Assembly: GCA_965222615.1 (NCBI GenBank)
Contig: CBDCUI010000009.1
Coordinates: 416,001 to 480,000 of the forward strand
DNA length: 64,000 nucleotides
Direction: 5' to 3'
From: Gammaproteobacteria bacterium
GTDB lineage: Bacteria > Pseudomonadota > Gammaproteobacteria > UBA4575
In this document: piece after piece, positions 1 through 11,334 of the stretch
Layout of the letters: each line of letters opens with the position of its first letter
Position numbering within the stretch: the first letter of the stretch is position 1
Made by a program: the position numbers and the translations under genes
Notes under the pieces: model-generated
Told to the model about the DNA's origin: nothing
The model's input: the letters and a program-made list of their open reading frames with translations, nothing else
The model's database searches: none

Positions 1-118
1 ACTCGCCTTACCGGAAGCAAAAATTCGTAGCACCATGGTAATACATAGTTTAAAAGATTATATAGATGGCAAACGCTATGACCTTAATCTTATTAAAGAT
101 ATCCACCAACAATGGTGA
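1..118 (+). CDS. 3' end of a NUDIX hydrolase (NudJ-like), truncated by the window start
   Basis: Frame from nt 2 reads LALPEAKIRSTMVIHSLKDYIDGKRYDLNLIKDIHQQW*, resembling the NudJ C-terminus; lies directly upstream of mnmA, its usual neighbour. Confidence 0.6.
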   Translation, partial: LALPEAKIRSTMVIHSLKDYIDGKRYDLNLIKDIHQQW

Positions 119-147
119 AACATAAGTTCTAAGTAAAAATTATCACT

Positions 148-1233
148 ATGACGGCAAAGATCATTGTCGGAATGTCAGGTGGCGTCGATTCATCTGTTGC
201 GGCCTATCTGCTATGTAAACAAGGCTTCCATGTAGAAGGCTTATTCATGAAAAACTGGGAAGAAGATGATGACGAAGAGTATTGCGCCGCAGCAGTTGAT
301 CTAGCGGATGCACAGCAAGTTTGCGAACAACTCAATATTCCTTTACATACGGTAAATTTTTCTAGCGAATATTGGGATCGTGTATTTGAGTACTTTATTA
401 AAGAGTATCAGGCAGGACGAACCCCCAACCCGGATATTATCTGTAATAAAGAAATCAAATTCCGTGCTTTCTTAGACTATGCCCTTAACCTAGATGCCAC
501 TTCTATCGCCACTGGGCATTATGCCAACTGTATTAAAGATAACTCTTTGGTTCTACTAACCAAGGGCAAGGACCAGGATAAAGATCAAAGCTACTTTTTG
601 CATACACTAGACCAAGATCAGCTCAGCAAATCGATGTTTCCACTGGGCAATATAACCAAAGCTCAAGTACGTAAAATTGCTAAAGAAAACAACTTTAACG
701 TACATGATAAAAAAGACAGTACAGGCATCTGTTTTATCGGTGAGCGTAAATTTAAAGATTTTTTAAGAAATTATATCCCTGTGAAACCCGGTAATATCGT
801 TACGCTGGAAGGTGAAATAATCGGTAACCATGAAGGCATCATGTATTACACCATCGGACAGCGCCAAGGATTAGGTATCGGTGGACAGCAACATTTTTCA
901 GAAGAGCCTTGGTATGTTGCGGATAAAAAGCTTGCTACGAATGAGCTGGTTGTGGTGCAGGGGCATGACAATACAGCCCTATTCCATTCTAAAATTACCA
1001 CTCAGCAAATCCATTGGATTACAGATAACTCTCCAATAAAAACGGTGAATATCACTGCTAAAATACGCTATCGACAGCACGATCAGCCCTGTTCCATACA
1101 CTGTGTTACAGATAATCACTATGAAATTGTATTTGATATGCCGCAGTGGGCAATAACACCTGGGCAAAGCGTGGTGTTTTATAATAAAGACATCTGTCTA
1201 GGAGGCGCGATTATTGAAACGCGTATAGTTTAA
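148..1233 (+). CDS. mnmA: tRNA-specific 2-thiouridylase
   Basis: SGGVDS PP-loop, TPNPDIICN, KDQSYFL, DSTGICFIG and TPGQ motifs. Confidence 0.98.
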   Translation: MTAKIIVGMSGGVDSSVAAYLLCKQGFHVEGLFMKNWEEDDDEEYCAAAVDLADAQQVCEQLNIPLHTVNFSSEYWDRVFEYFIKEYQAGRTPNPDIICNKEIKFRAFLDYALNLDATSIATGHYANCIKDNSLVLLTKGKDQDKDQSYFLHTLDQDQLSKSMFPLGNITKAQVRKIAKENNFNVHDKKDSTGICFIGERKFKDFLRNYIPVKPGNIVTLEGEIIGNHEGIMYYTIGQRQGLGIGGQQHFSEEPWYVADKKLATNELVVVQGHDNTALFHSKITTQQIHWITDNSPIKTVNITAKIRYRQHDQPCSIHCVTDNHYEIVFDMPQWAITPGQSVVFYNKDICLGGAIIETRIV

Positions 1234-1240
1234 ATATTCA

Positions 1241-1864
1241 ATGTTTAAAATCACTACAAACCAAACTATCGCTCTTGCTGGGCTGTATCAATCCTTGGCT
1301 TTAGTACAGCAAGTTGCTTGGGAAGGTGATACGACACACTCTGCAATGGTGCCCACCATTAAAAGTATCTTAAAAATCGATATTGATGATTTTATTGAAC
1401 CTTATGAATCGATCCACAACCTTAAGCTGGGTTTAACTACACTAAAACAAACTTTAGAAAAACGTCACGACCCACGTGTAGTAGAACGCACCCGTTATGC
1501 CATCAACTTAATGTACTTAGATAATAAACTACAAACCGATCCACAAACGATGTCTGCATTAGGTACACAAATCGAACGCATTACTAGCCAATACCCCGAT
1601 GCTGAAGAATCCATCTTCGATATTACGCAAGAGCTTGGAATATTGTACCGTGAATCTATCAGCCCACTAGGACCCAAAATCATCGTGGAAGGCAATCCAA
1701 ATTATTTAAAAAACGAGCAGAACGTTGGTGTAATCCGCACCTTACTTTTGGCTGGATTACGCGCCATCACTCTATGGCGACATGCCCATGGTAAACGCTG
1801 GGCTTTACTATTTGGACGCCAATCTATCCTTAGAAACATCGCGGCTTTAGAGCAAGGTATTTGA
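1241..1864 (+). CDS. hflD: High-frequency lysogenization protein HflD
   Basis: IALAG...Q N-terminus, IRTLLLAGLRA...W...G.RW C-terminus; follows mnmA. Confidence 0.9.
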   Translation: MFKITTNQTIALAGLYQSLALVQQVAWEGDTTHSAMVPTIKSILKIDIDDFIEPYESIHNLKLGLTTLKQTLEKRHDPRVVERTRYAINLMYLDNKLQTDPQTMSALGTQIERITSQYPDAEESIFDITQELGILYRESISPLGPKIIVEGNPNYLKNEQNVGVIRTLLLAGLRAITLWRHAHGKRWALLFGRQSILRNIAALEQGI

Positions 1865-1985
1865 GCAAGTACCTAGTTAATTAAGATTTACCACCTAAAG
1901 GCACTACCCCTTTGAGTAGAAATACTCGATAATCCTTGCCCTTTTGCAAGCGATAGACAACAATTTTCAAAGGTGAGGAGTCTGC

Positions 1986-4658
1986 ATGAGTAATAGTTTT
2001 AATACCAAATCCACACTGGATGTGAATGGCAATTCCTATGAAATATTTAATGTGGGGAAATTACCGCAAGCAGAGCGTTTACCCTATTCCATAAAAATTC
2101 TGCTTGAAAATCTTCTGCGCTATGAAGATGGCAGTACCGTTACCAAACAAGACATTGAAGCCATTTTAAATTGGGACTCTAAAGCTGAACCCAGTAAGGA
2201 AATTGCTTTTCGGCCGGCCCGCGTTTTAATGCAAGACTTCACAGGGGTACCTGCAGTTGTAGATTTGGCGGCCATGCGTGACGCCATGAAGGCCTTGGGC
2301 GGTAACCCTGAAAAAATAAATCCGCTACAGCCTGCAGAAATGGTAATCGACCATTCTGTGCAAGTAGATAATTTTGGCTCCGATGCCGCCATGGATTTAA
2401 ATGAAAAGCTCGAGTTTAATCGCAACAAAGAACGTTATAGCTTTTTGAAATGGGGACAAAACGCCTTTTCAAACTTTAAAGTTGTGCCTCCCGGTACCGG
2501 TATCGTGCACCAAGTAAATCTGGAATATTTAGCGCGAGTAATTTTTTCTAAGGAACAAGGCAGCACTACACAAGCCTATCCAGATTCTGTAGTCGGAACC
2601 GATTCACACACCACTATGATTAACGGTGTTGGTGTGCTCGGCTGGGGTGTAGGTGGAATCGAGGCCGAAGCTTCCATGCTGGGCCAACCGATTTCCATGC
2701 TCATTCCCAAAGTGGTTGGATTTAAACTCACCGGTAAACTTCCAGAAGGTGCTACTGCAACGGATTTAGTATTAATGGTAGTAGAAATGCTGCGTAAACA
2801 CGGTGTGGTAGGTAAGTTTGTAGAATTTTATGGGGATGGCTTAGATGTATTACCACTTGCAGACCGCGCTACCATTGCCAACATGGCGCCAGAATACGGC
2901 GCAACCTGTGGAATCTTTCCGATAGATGCCGAAACTATTCGCTATCTAAGTCAAACCGGACGCGATGCACAACAAGTTGCGTTAGCCGAAGCCTATGCAA
3001 AAGAAACCAGTATGTGGCGTGAAGGCCAATCTATGAACGAGGGAGAAGATGTCGATTTCAGTGAGCACATTGAATTAAATCTGGGTGATGTCGTACCAAG
3101 CTTGGCAGGACCGAAACGCCCACAAGATCGTATTTCACTTACCGAATCCAAAACGGTGTTTGCCAAAGACATCGCTGCTCTTAAAGAAGAACGTGATATT
3201 CAAAGCAAAGGTAGTGTAAACATTTCTATTGATAACCAAGAGGTAACCTTAGCGGATGGCGCAGTAGTACTCGCGGCAATTACTTCTTGCACTAACACTT
3301 CCAACCCAAGTGTCATGCTCGGTGCCGGCTTAGTCGCGCGCAAAGCGGCAAAGCTTGGAGTGAAAGTAAAACCTTGGGTGAAAACTTCACTGGCACCCGG
3401 TTCACGTGTAGTAACTGAATACTTAGAAAGTGCCGGTGTCATGGATGATTTAAAAGAACTTGGTTTTCATGTAGTAGGTTATGGATGTACAACTTGTATT
3501 GGAAACTCAGGCCCATTACCGGAACCCGTGGCTAATGCCATTACCGAAAATGATCTAGTCACTACTTCAGTACTATCCGGCAATCGTAACTTCGAAGGCC
3601 GTGTACATGCCCTGATTCGCATGAACTATCTAGCTTCACCACCACTAGTCGTGGCCTATGCCATTGCCGGGCGCATGGATATCGACGTCTACCATGAAGC
3701 CATTGCCGAAGACAAAGATGGGAATCCAGTATTCTTAAGAGATATCTGGCCGACCCAACAAGAAGTTACTGATGTCGTGACAAACTTTTTAACTACAGAC
3801 CAATATGTGCGTTCGTATGATGATGTCTTTAGCGGAGAAAGCAATTGGAATAATTTAGCTGCTGCAGATAGCGATTTATATGCCTGGGATGACTCCACGT
3901 ATATCAATAATCCACCTTATTTCGAAGGCATGACCAAAACGGTTGAAGATGTAACCGATATTCATGGTGCACGCGTACTGGCGTATCTCGGTGATTCTGT
4001 TACTACCGATCACATCTCACCCGCAGGTGCAATCGCATCAGATAGCCCTGCAGCAAAATATTTACAAGAAAAAGGCGTAAGCCCTGCAGACTTTAACTCT
4101 TACGGTTCGCGTCGTGGTAACCATGAAGTAATGATGCGTGGCACTTTTGCCAACATTCGTCTACGTAACAAATTGGCACCAGGAACCGAAGGTGGCGTCA
4201 CCATTCACCAACCCAGTGGTGAACAAATGTCTATCTATGATGCAGCAATGAAATATAAGCAAGAAAGTGTTCCCACCATTATTCTTGCCGGCAAAGAGTA
4301 TGGTTGTGGCTCATCACGTGATTGGGCTGCAAAAGGGCCACGTTTACAAGGCGTCAGTGCTGTAATTGCAAAAAGTTACGAACGTATCCATCGTTCGAAT
4401 TTAGTAGGCATGGGCATATTACCCTTACAGTATAAAGACGGTGACAATGCCGAAAGCCTTGGCTTAAGTGGTAAAGAAACATTTAGCATCACAGGTTTAC
4501 AAAATGGTGCTGCCAAGATGGTTACGGTTACTGCAACTAGTGAAGACGGCTCTGAAAAAACATTTGAAGTGAAAGTGCGTATCGATACACCACAAGAAGT
4601 GGAGTATTACCAGAATGGGGGCATACTTCATTATGTACTTCGCCAACTAGCCGCTTAA
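1986..4658 (+). CDS. acnA: Aconitate hydratase A
   Basis: 890 aa; [50 protein letters not shown] motifs; GAGGAG RBS. Confidence 0.98.
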   Translation: MSNSFNTKSTLDVNGNSYEIFNVGKLPQAERLPYSIKILLENLLRYEDGSTVTKQDIEAILNWDSKAEPSKEIAFRPARVLMQDFTGVPAVVDLAAMRDAMKALGGNPEKINPLQPAEMVIDHSVQVDNFGSDAAMDLNEKLEFNRNKERYSFLKWGQNAFSNFKVVPPGTGIVHQVNLEYLARVIFSKEQGSTTQAYPDSVVGTDSHTTMINGVGVLGWGVGGIEAEASMLGQPISMLIPKVVGFKLTGKLPEGATATDLVLMVVEMLRKHGVVGKFVEFYGDGLDVLPLADRATIANMAPEYGATCGIFPIDAETIRYLSQTGRDAQQVALAEAYAKETSMWREGQSMNEGEDVDFSEHIELNLGDVVPSLAGPKRPQDRISLTESKTVFAKDIAALKEERDIQSKGSVNISIDNQEVTLADGAVVLAAITSCTNTSNPSVMLGAGLVARKAAKLGVKVKPWVKTSLAPGSRVVTEYLESAGVMDDLKELGFHVVGYGCTTCIGNSGPLPEPVANAITENDLVTTSVLSGNRNFEGRVHALIRMNYLASPPLVVAYAIAGRMDIDVYHEAIAEDKDGNPVFLRDIWPTQQEVTDVVTNFLTTDQYVRSYDDVFSGESNWNNLAAADSDLYAWDDSTYINNPPYFEGMTKTVEDVTDIHGARVLAYLGDSVTTDHISPAGAIASDSPAAKYLQEKGVSPADFNSYGSRRGNHEVMMRGTFANIRLRNKLAPGTEGGVTIHQPSGEQMSIYDAAMKYKQESVPTIILAGKEYGCGSSRDWAAKGPRLQGVSAVIAKSYERIHRSNLVGMGILPLQYKDGDNAESLGLSGKETFSITGLQNGAAKMVTVTATSEDGSEKTFEVKVRIDTPQEVEYYQNGGILHYVLRQLAA

Positions 4659-4780
4659 ATCGCATCTTTTGATCCAATATTTCGTTGCGATACTTTTTGC
4701 TGATGCTCATTTACAACTGTGTAAACTGCGCTTCTCAAAAGTATCGCGCCTCATCTTGAATCAAAATCTACTGATTTAAG
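4654..4780 (-). repeat. Palindromic MITE-like repeat, copy A (RPE-1-like core)
   Basis: Nested inverted repeats around the core GAAGCGCAGTTTAC...GTAAATGAGCAT (minus strand); TTAA at both ends, the left one being the acnA stop. Confidence 0.8.
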
Positions 4781-4811
4781 TAAATATATTAAGTTATTCT
4801 ACTTATACAGC

Positions 4812-4909
4812 GTTATTGCGAGGAGCGTAAGCGACGTGGCAATCCAGAAAATTTGGCATCCTGTATAAGTAATTTCTTTACTAGATTGCTTCACTACGTT
4901 CGCAATGAC
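4812..4909. repeat. REP-like palindromic element of the GTCATTGCGAG...GCAATC / GATTGC...CGCAATGAC type
   Basis: GTTATTGCGAGGAGCGTAAGCGACGTGGCAATCC ... TAGATTGCTTCACTACGTTCGCAATGAC arms are mutually complementary. Confidence 0.75.
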
Positions 4910-4920
4910 TATTAATTATC

Positions 4921-5808
4921 ATGTGCTCAAATAATATCGTTTTAGGAAGTATCTGCATTTTACTGGGAGAGCTTTGCTTTGTCAGTATGGGCTCGCTAGT
5001 AAAACTATTAGCGGAAACCATGCCTAGTCAGAATGTCGTATTCTTTCGAAATCTATTTGGATTACTCGCACTATCCCCTATTCTAATTCGCTTAGGCGGT
5101 AGTTCGATTAAAACCAATGTGTTTCATTGGCATTTGCTGCGTTCACTAAGTGGTATCGGTGCTATGTATTGTTTTTTCTATGCATTAGCCAAGCTTCCAC
5201 TTGCCGATGCGATGTTATTAAAAATCACCGTGCCTTTGTTTATTCCTATCATCGCGTTCTTATGGATTAGTGAGCATGTATCAACTCGAACAATATTAGC
5301 AATACTTGTCGGTTTTGCTGGTGTAGTAATTATTTTAAAACCAACTGGAACGATTCAATTAGCTTCTATAGCTGGTTTACTAGGAGGTGCACTAGCAGCG
5401 CTGGCAAAAGTCACCATACGAAGAATGTCTGGGACCGAACCAACCAGTCGAATAGTCTTTTACTTTGCAACCACCAGTTTAATAATTTCAACCATCCCAT
5501 TATTAAAATACTGGCAAAACCCAACTACGCACGAATGGCTGCTGCTCATTTTATTAGGTATTGTTGGCACCGGTGGACAGTTGTTTTTAACTAAAGCATA
5601 TTCTCTCGCTCCAGCAAGCAGAGTTGGACCCTTTACTTATTCTTCTATTGTATTCGCAAGTATCATTGGATGGATATTTTGGGATGAAAAAATAACGCTG
5701 CTCACAATTTCCGGAGCCATGTTAATTATCTTTGCAGGAATACTCATCTTTAACGAAAAACAAATTAAAGAAACACCCAAGTCACCTTTATCTGAGACTA
5801 TTTCCTAG
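4921..5808 (+). CDS. EamA/DMT family permease
   Basis: About 10 hydrophobic segments with two EamA-like halves; KAYSLAPASRVGPFTY motif. Confidence 0.9.
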   Translation: MCSNNIVLGSICILLGELCFVSMGSLVKLLAETMPSQNVVFFRNLFGLLALSPILIRLGGSSIKTNVFHWHLLRSLSGIGAMYCFFYALAKLPLADAMLLKITVPLFIPIIAFLWISEHVSTRTILAILVGFAGVVIILKPTGTIQLASIAGLLGGALAALAKVTIRRMSGTEPTSRIVFYFATTSLIISTIPLLKYWQNPTTHEWLLLILLGIVGTGGQLFLTKAYSLAPASRVGPFTYSSIVFASIIGWIFWDEKITLLTISGAMLIIFAGILIFNEKQIKETPKSPLSETIS

Positions 5809-5970
5809 AACTGGCTATAGAAGCAAGGTTCGTACAACCATCTTTTAATAGTTCTGGTGTTATTTATTCTTTATTCTAAAGGCTTCCATTGGAGAGCCCT
5901 CGAAAAAAGGGGTCTGAAGTGTACTGAGCAAAGTGGACAAGTTAATCAAGCGTTATCATACAACAATTCA

Positions 5971-5996
5971 GTTTGGTTTGGTTTGGTTTGGTTTGG
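5971..5996. repeat. (GTTTG)5 microsatellite
   Basis: Five perfect tandem GTTTG units in intergenic DNA. Confidence 0.9.
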
Positions 5997-6049
5997 TGTT
6001 TGATAATTCAGTGTTTGATGAAAAAAGGGGTCAAGCAAATACTATAATA

Positions 6050-6520
6050 CTATTGGCATTTTTGAACCGCAAATATTTTACTCACTAAAGGCTCCTCAGC
6101 CGAATCGATAATATGATATGTTTCAATTGATTCAAATTTAAGTAATTTATTTTGCTCTTTTACAGACATATATTCGACAGTATCTGACACAACAATGTAT
6201 CCAGAAACTTTTTTTTCTGTAGATATAATTTTACTTTCTTTAATGTAGTCATTTAACATTTCAAATGCTCCACTCATTTCTTCAAATAGAGCTTGTTTGT
6301 CTTGCGTAATTGGCGTCTGATTACAGCGAGTAATTTCAATTTCGAAATCATCAGAAAATAACTTCCCTAAGGCATCAAAATTTTGAGAATTTGTTGCTTT
6401 TCTTACTTTTTCTACAACAGATAGTGCTTTACCCTCATCAGCGTATAAATTCTGAGTGAACCCAACCAGAGAAAGAATTGTAATAAACATAACTATTAAA
6501 TTTATTTGTTTAATTTTCAT
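6050..6520 (-). CDS. Secreted hypothetical protein, possibly NTF2/SnoaL-like
   Basis: N-terminal signal peptide; DALGKLFSDDF motif typical of NTF2-like folds; AT-rich. Confidence 0.6.
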   Translation of the reverse strand: MKIKQINLIVMFITILSLVGFTQNLYADEGKALSVVEKVRKATNSQNFDALGKLFSDDFEIEITRCNQTPITQDKQALFEEMSGAFEMLNDYIKESKIISTEKKVSGYIVVSDTVEYMSVKEQNKLLKFESIETYHIIDSAEEPLVSKIFAVQKCQ

Positions 6521-6685
6521 AAAATTTAACCTTGAAAAAGATGTAAAATATTATTAATTAGAGAAAGAATTCTTTTAACTTCCTGATTTCTGATATCGGT
6601 AGCAGCAGCTTGGATTAACCAGTCAGTTTCGTGCAACCAGCCACACATAAACCACATGTATATACATTCGAGCACCCAACCGAAG

Positions 6686-8287
6686 TTATTTGAACTGAGA
6701 TTCTAACTTATCTGCTTTGACTGCGGCACTAAAATAATACCCCTGCCCGTTATTTATTCCATATTCTTTTGCTACCTTAAGAACTTCTTTATTTTCAACA
6801 CCTTCAGCCGTAGTAGTTAACTTCAACTGCTGTGCAATTTCTTTTGCATGCTGAATAATCGCTCTACTATCTTCATCTGTGGGGGCATTCACCATGAAGG
6901 ACTGATCTATTTTCAGCTCATCAAAAGGTAGTTCCTTTAAATATTCTAATGAAGCATGTTTGGTTCCATAATCATCAAGACTAAAAATTAGTCCTTGTTG
7001 TTTATAGCTCATCATTAGCGAATTAATTTCACTCGCATTACCGATACTAGAGGTTTCAGTAAGCTCTATTTTCAGCATCTTAGCTATCCAGGTTTGATTT
7101 TTTAATAGCGTATTTAATTCTTGCTGGAAGTCTTTATTCAAAAATCCATTAGCGGTGATATTGAATGCGATAGGTAAATGTATGTTCTTGTCATGCCATT
7201 CTTCAAGAAGTGTTACTACTTTTTTAAGCAGCCAAAGATTAATTTCATAAATCAGCCCCGCTTTTTCTGCATACGGAATAAATCTACCAGGATCGAGCAA
7301 GCCATATTTAGGGTGTTGCCAACGGATTAGAGCTTCTGCAGAAATGATTTTTTCATCACTTAATCTCACTTGAGGTTGATAAAGTATCGTGAGTTGTTCT
7401 TCTTGTATGGCCCGTTGCAACATGCCGATGATTTGTATGTCTTCAATATTATTTGCAGATACTTGTTCATCATAAATTAGTACTGCATCACCTTTTCTTT
7501 GCGCCTCCAGCATCGAGAATCTAGCCTTCTCCATTAACTCGAAGCCATTGTTAGCATGCTTAGGAAACATTGCCACACCAATAGACACCCCTACATCTGT
7601 AGGATTGCCATCTACTGCGAGAGGTTCTTGAATCGATTCAGCTATATTTTTTGCAATCGTATGAATATGACCTTGTGCCACTACTGGATTTATTAAAACA
7701 GCAAATTCATCACCACCTAAACGAGCAATAAGATCAGTTTTTCTTAATGAGCTGCGAATGCGTTGTGCAATTTCTTGTAATATGACGTCACCGACAAAAT
7801 AACCCAAAGTTTCATTGATAAGTTTGAAACGTTTTAAGTCAATTAACATCAAGGCTAATTCATTGCCATCGTTTTCAGTATTCTCTAGAACCAATTCCAA
7901 TTGTTCATTGAAAAACGATAAATTTGGAAGGCCGGTCAAGTCGTCATGTGTTGCGTGATAGTGTTCAAGCGCTGCTGATTTAGTTAATTCAGTTGCAATA
8001 CTATTACCTGTACGTGCTGCAAACCGAACAAATAATGCAGAAAATAAACATGCACTTACTACTACTAGTTGCGAAAATTCAAATGGCTGAGTAAGTGTAA
8101 AATATAGAAAGTAAATAGAAATAATGATCAGTGCGCAGGCAAATATTATTAACCAGAGAATATTTGTATTAGCTGGCTGTAACTTTTTTAAACGGAACAA
8201 TTTTCGAATAGAATAAATCAATAACCCTATTACGACTAGCATAAGCGCTGACAAAAATATATTTTGCCAGTTGCCTTCTACTACCAT
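6686..8287 (-). CDS. Membrane-anchored GGDEF-EAL diguanylate cyclase/phosphodiesterase
   Basis: Three N-terminal TM segments, HDDLTGLPN, RLGGDEF, EALIRW and DDYGT motifs. Confidence 0.93.
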   Translation of the reverse strand: MVVEGNWQNIFLSALMLVVIGLLIYSIRKLFRLKKLQPANTNILWLIIFACALIIISIYFLYFTLTQPFEFSQLVVVSACLFSALFVRFAARTGNSIATELTKSAALEHYHATHDDLTGLPNLSFFNEQLELVLENTENDGNELALMLIDLKRFKLINETLGYFVGDVILQEIAQRIRSSLRKTDLIARLGGDEFAVLINPVVAQGHIHTIAKNIAESIQEPLAVDGNPTDVGVSIGVAMFPKHANNGFELMEKARFSMLEAQRKGDAVLIYDEQVSANNIEDIQIIGMLQRAIQEEQLTILYQPQVRLSDEKIISAEALIRWQHPKYGLLDPGRFIPYAEKAGLIYEINLWLLKKVVTLLEEWHDKNIHLPIAFNITANGFLNKDFQQELNTLLKNQTWIAKMLKIELTETSSIGNASEINSLMMSYKQQGLIFSLDDYGTKHASLEYLKELPFDELKIDQSFMVNAPTDEDSRAIIQHAKEIAQQLKLTTTAEGVENKEVLKVAKEYGINNGQGYYFSAAVKADKLESQFK

Positions 8288-8307
8288 GTTCTACTCAGGA
8301 AATTATT

Positions 8308-8435
8308 TTAAAGAGGCACTGATTTATTCTGAAACGAGGCAAAAAATGACGAAAAGCGCGGAGTGTATGAATAATACATGAGCACTTTAAGATCATTTTT
8401 TAACAAAGTATCAGGATAAATCTGGGTTTCTTTAG
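8308..8435 (+). repeat. Palindromic MITE-like repeat, copy B
   Basis: AGAGGCACTGATTTATTC...GATAAATCTGGGTTTCT ends, core GCGGAGTGTAT...ATACATGAGCAC; flanked by TTAA and TTAG (the latter overlaps the fumC stop). Confidence 0.8.
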
Positions 8436-9823
8436 GCTTCTTGAATGCCGCCTTTAGTTAATGCAGCAGGGTCCAATAGCTTTTTAATTTGATCTTCACT
8501 CAAATCGGTCATTTCTTTTGCTACATCTAAAATAGGTCTACCCGATGCATAGGCCGCCTTGGCAATGGCAGCACCTTTTTCATAACCAATAGCGCGATTC
8601 ATGGCGGTAACCAGAATTGGGTTCCGACCCAATGCGTTTTCTAAATTTTCTTGATTTACAGTAAAACCTTCAATGGCTTTGTCTGCCAGCACATTGGCAG
8701 AGTTTGTTAATAGCTCGACACTTTGTAATAAGTTATAGGCAATCACTGGTAGCATGACGTTTAACTGAAAATTACCCGCCTGCCCTGCAACAGTTACGGT
8801 TGTATCATTACCAATAACTTGCGCACATACCATAGCTACGGCTTCGGGTATTACAGGATTGACTTTGCCCGGCATGATACTACTACCAGGTTGTAATGAC
8901 GGCAGTGCGATTTCACCTAAACCTGCAAGTGGCCCGGAGTTCATCCAACGTAAATCATTGGCAATCTTGGTCAAACTCACCGCAAGTGTTTTAAGTTGTC
9001 CACTCATTTCGACGGCTGCGTCTTGACAACTCAAGCCTTCAAACTTATTTGCTTTACTTGAGAAAGAAAAGTTACTAAGTGATGAGAGTTGTTTTGCAAC
9101 CAATTCACCAAATTTAGCATCTGCATTAATGCCACTACCAACAGCGGTACCACCTTGTGCTAATTGGCGTAAACGACCTAATGAATCGTCAATGCGTTCT
9201 AAGGAATATTGAATTTGCTGTGACCATGCACTTAATTCTTGTCCCATAGTAACTGGCATGGCATCCATTAGATGCGTGCGGCCTGTTTTTACATATTGTT
9301 CACATTCATTTGATTTTTTATTCAATACTTCAATAAGATGTTTTAGAGTAGGTTTTAGCTTTTCTTCTATTTGCAAACAGCCACTAACATGTATTGCAGT
9401 CGGGATGACATCATTTGAGCTTTGGCTCATGTTGACATGGTCATTTGGATGCACATCCACTTCACTTGCAGAACTTGCCAAGTGTGCGATCACTTCATTG
9501 GCATTCATATTGGTGCTAGTACCGGAACCAGTTTGGAAAACATCGATTGGAAAATGTTGATCGTAATCACCGTTAGCTACTGTAAGTGCAGCTTTTTTAA
9601 TTACGGCTTCAACATCTTTCGTCATTAAACCCAGCTCTACATTTGCACCGGCACATGCTGCCTTGATTAGACCTAAAGCGCGTATAAACTGCCGTGGCAT
9701 GGTAAGATTACTAATTGGAAAATTCTCGACAGCACGTTGCGTTTGTGCTCCATACAATGCATCGGCAGGCACTTTAAGCTCACCCATGCTGTCTTTTTCA
9801 ATCCGATAATTTGAATCGCTCAT
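8432..9823 (-). CDS. fumC: Class II fumarate hydratase
   Basis: RIEKDSMG, FQTGSGTS, GRTHLMDA and GSSIMPGKVNP motifs. Confidence 0.97.
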   Translation of the reverse strand: MSDSNYRIEKDSMGELKVPADALYGAQTQRAVENFPISNLTMPRQFIRALGLIKAACAGANVELGLMTKDVEAVIKKAALTVANGDYDQHFPIDVFQTGSGTSTNMNANEVIAHLASSASEVDVHPNDHVNMSQSSNDVIPTAIHVSGCLQIEEKLKPTLKHLIEVLNKKSNECEQYVKTGRTHLMDAMPVTMGQELSAWSQQIQYSLERIDDSLGRLRQLAQGGTAVGSGINADAKFGELVAKQLSSLSNFSFSSKANKFEGLSCQDAAVEMSGQLKTLAVSLTKIANDLRWMNSGPLAGLGEIALPSLQPGSSIMPGKVNPVIPEAVAMVCAQVIGNDTTVTVAGQAGNFQLNVMLPVIAYNLLQSVELLTNSANVLADKAIEGFTVNQENLENALGRNPILVTAMNRAIGYEKGAAIAKAAYASGRPILDVAKEMTDLSEDQIKKLLDPAALTKGGIQEA

Positions 9824-9933
9824 TTTTGTTCTCTTTTATAGCCGTATAGGCAGGTTAATTATTGTTGTCAGCCGAATTTAGGCAACCCGTTGATAGGGCG
9901 CTGTAGTATAATAACTATTATTCCTCGTTTCTA

Positions 9934-11328
9934 ATGCTAATGGATTTACGAGCTTCACACATGAGTTTATCGACACTTTCCGCGATCTCGCCCACGGATG
10001 GCCGCTATGCCAACAAAACTGAGAACCTTCAAAATATTGCCAGCGAATATGGCTTAATAAAATATCGCATTATTGTTGAGATTCATTGGTTGAAACAGCT
10101 TGCGGAATCTCCTGATATTGCAGAAATCCCATCGCTTTCATCACAGGCAAATTCCCACTTAGACAATATCATTAAAAACTTTACTGTTAATGAAGCACAA
10201 AAGGTTAAACAGATTGAGTCGACTACTAATCATGATGTAAAAGCGGTTGAATATTATTTAAAAGAAAATATTGCAGATCAAAAAGAACTACTAGCCATTG
10301 CAGAATTTATTCACTTTGCTTGCACATCTGAAGACATTAACAATCTTGCTTATGGCCTGATGCTGCGAGATATGCGCTCCAAGGTTTTATTACCAACTAT
10401 TCATGAACTCACTGATGATTTAAAACAAAAAGCCAATTCATTTGCCGATATCCCAATGCTTTCTCGTACTCACGGTCAACCGGCCTCTCCAAGCACAATG
10501 GGTAAAGAATTTGCAAATGTTTATGCTCGTGTGCAAAACCAACTTGATACATTGGAATCTGTAAAAATTCTTGGCAAAATGAACGGGGCAGTGGGAAATT
10601 ACAACGCCCATGTTGTTGCCTACCCCAATGTAGACTGGGAAAGTTTGTCTGCACATTTTATTGAATCTCTAGGTCTGGTTCACAATCCTTATACCACGCA
10701 AATAGAACCGCATGACTATATTGCTGAATACTGTGATGCACTGCGTAGAATAAATACCATTCTTATCGATTTTTGCAGAGATGTATGGGCTTATATTGCA
10801 ATTGAATACTTTAAACAAAGAGTAGTAAAAGACGAAGTTGGCTCATCGACTATGCCGCATAAAGTGAATCCCATTGATTTTGAAAATGCCGAAGGTAACT
10901 TTGGTTTGGCGAATGCTCTGTTCGAATATTTTTCTGCAAAGCTACCAATCTCTCGGTGGCAACGAGATTTAAGTGATTCCACCGTGTTACGCAATTTAGG
11001 CGTTGCTGCAGCCTACTGTGAAATTGGACACCAATCTTTACTTAAAGGCTTATCTAAACTTGAAATTAACCAAGATAAATTAAACCAAGATCTTGAAGCC
11101 AGCTTGCAAGTTCTTGCCGAACCTATTCAGACTGTGATGCGCAAGCATAAAATAGCTGGCGCTTATGAAAAACTTAAGGAATTAACACGTGGACAAAACT
11201 TGAATGCTGAAGCATTAGAGAGTTTTATTCGTTCACTAGACCTGCCTGAAGAAGAAAAAGACAATCTGCTTGCACTTACGAGCTCTAATTACATCGGTTT
11301 AGCTGCCAAGTTAGCTAAGAAAATTTAG
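9934..11328 (+). CDS. purB: Adenylosuccinate lyase (likely start 9961)
   Basis: SPTDGRY, TNHDVKAVEY, RTHGQPA and SSTMPHKVNPIDFEN motifs. Confidence 0.98.
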   Translation: MLMDLRASHMSLSTLSAISPTDGRYANKTENLQNIASEYGLIKYRIIVEIHWLKQLAESPDIAEIPSLSSQANSHLDNIIKNFTVNEAQKVKQIESTTNHDVKAVEYYLKENIADQKELLAIAEFIHFACTSEDINNLAYGLMLRDMRSKVLLPTIHELTDDLKQKANSFADIPMLSRTHGQPASPSTMGKEFANVYARVQNQLDTLESVKILGKMNGAVGNYNAHVVAYPNVDWESLSAHFIESLGLVHNPYTTQIEPHDYIAEYCDALRRINTILIDFCRDVWAYIAIEYFKQRVVKDEVGSSTMPHKVNPIDFENAEGNFGLANALFEYFSAKLPISRWQRDLSDSTVLRNLGVAAAYCEIGHQSLLKGLSKLEINQDKLNQDLEASLQVLAEPIQTVMRKHKIAGAYEKLKELTRGQNLNAEALESFIRSLDLPEEEKDNLLALTSSNYIGLAAKLAKKI

Positions 11329-11334
11329 CGAACA

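Noticed and set aside
1241-11328. hflD and purB separated by about 8 kb as a possible island
   Set aside because: The intervening acnA and fumC are ordinary core genes with no mobility signatures; simple rearrangement is sufficient.
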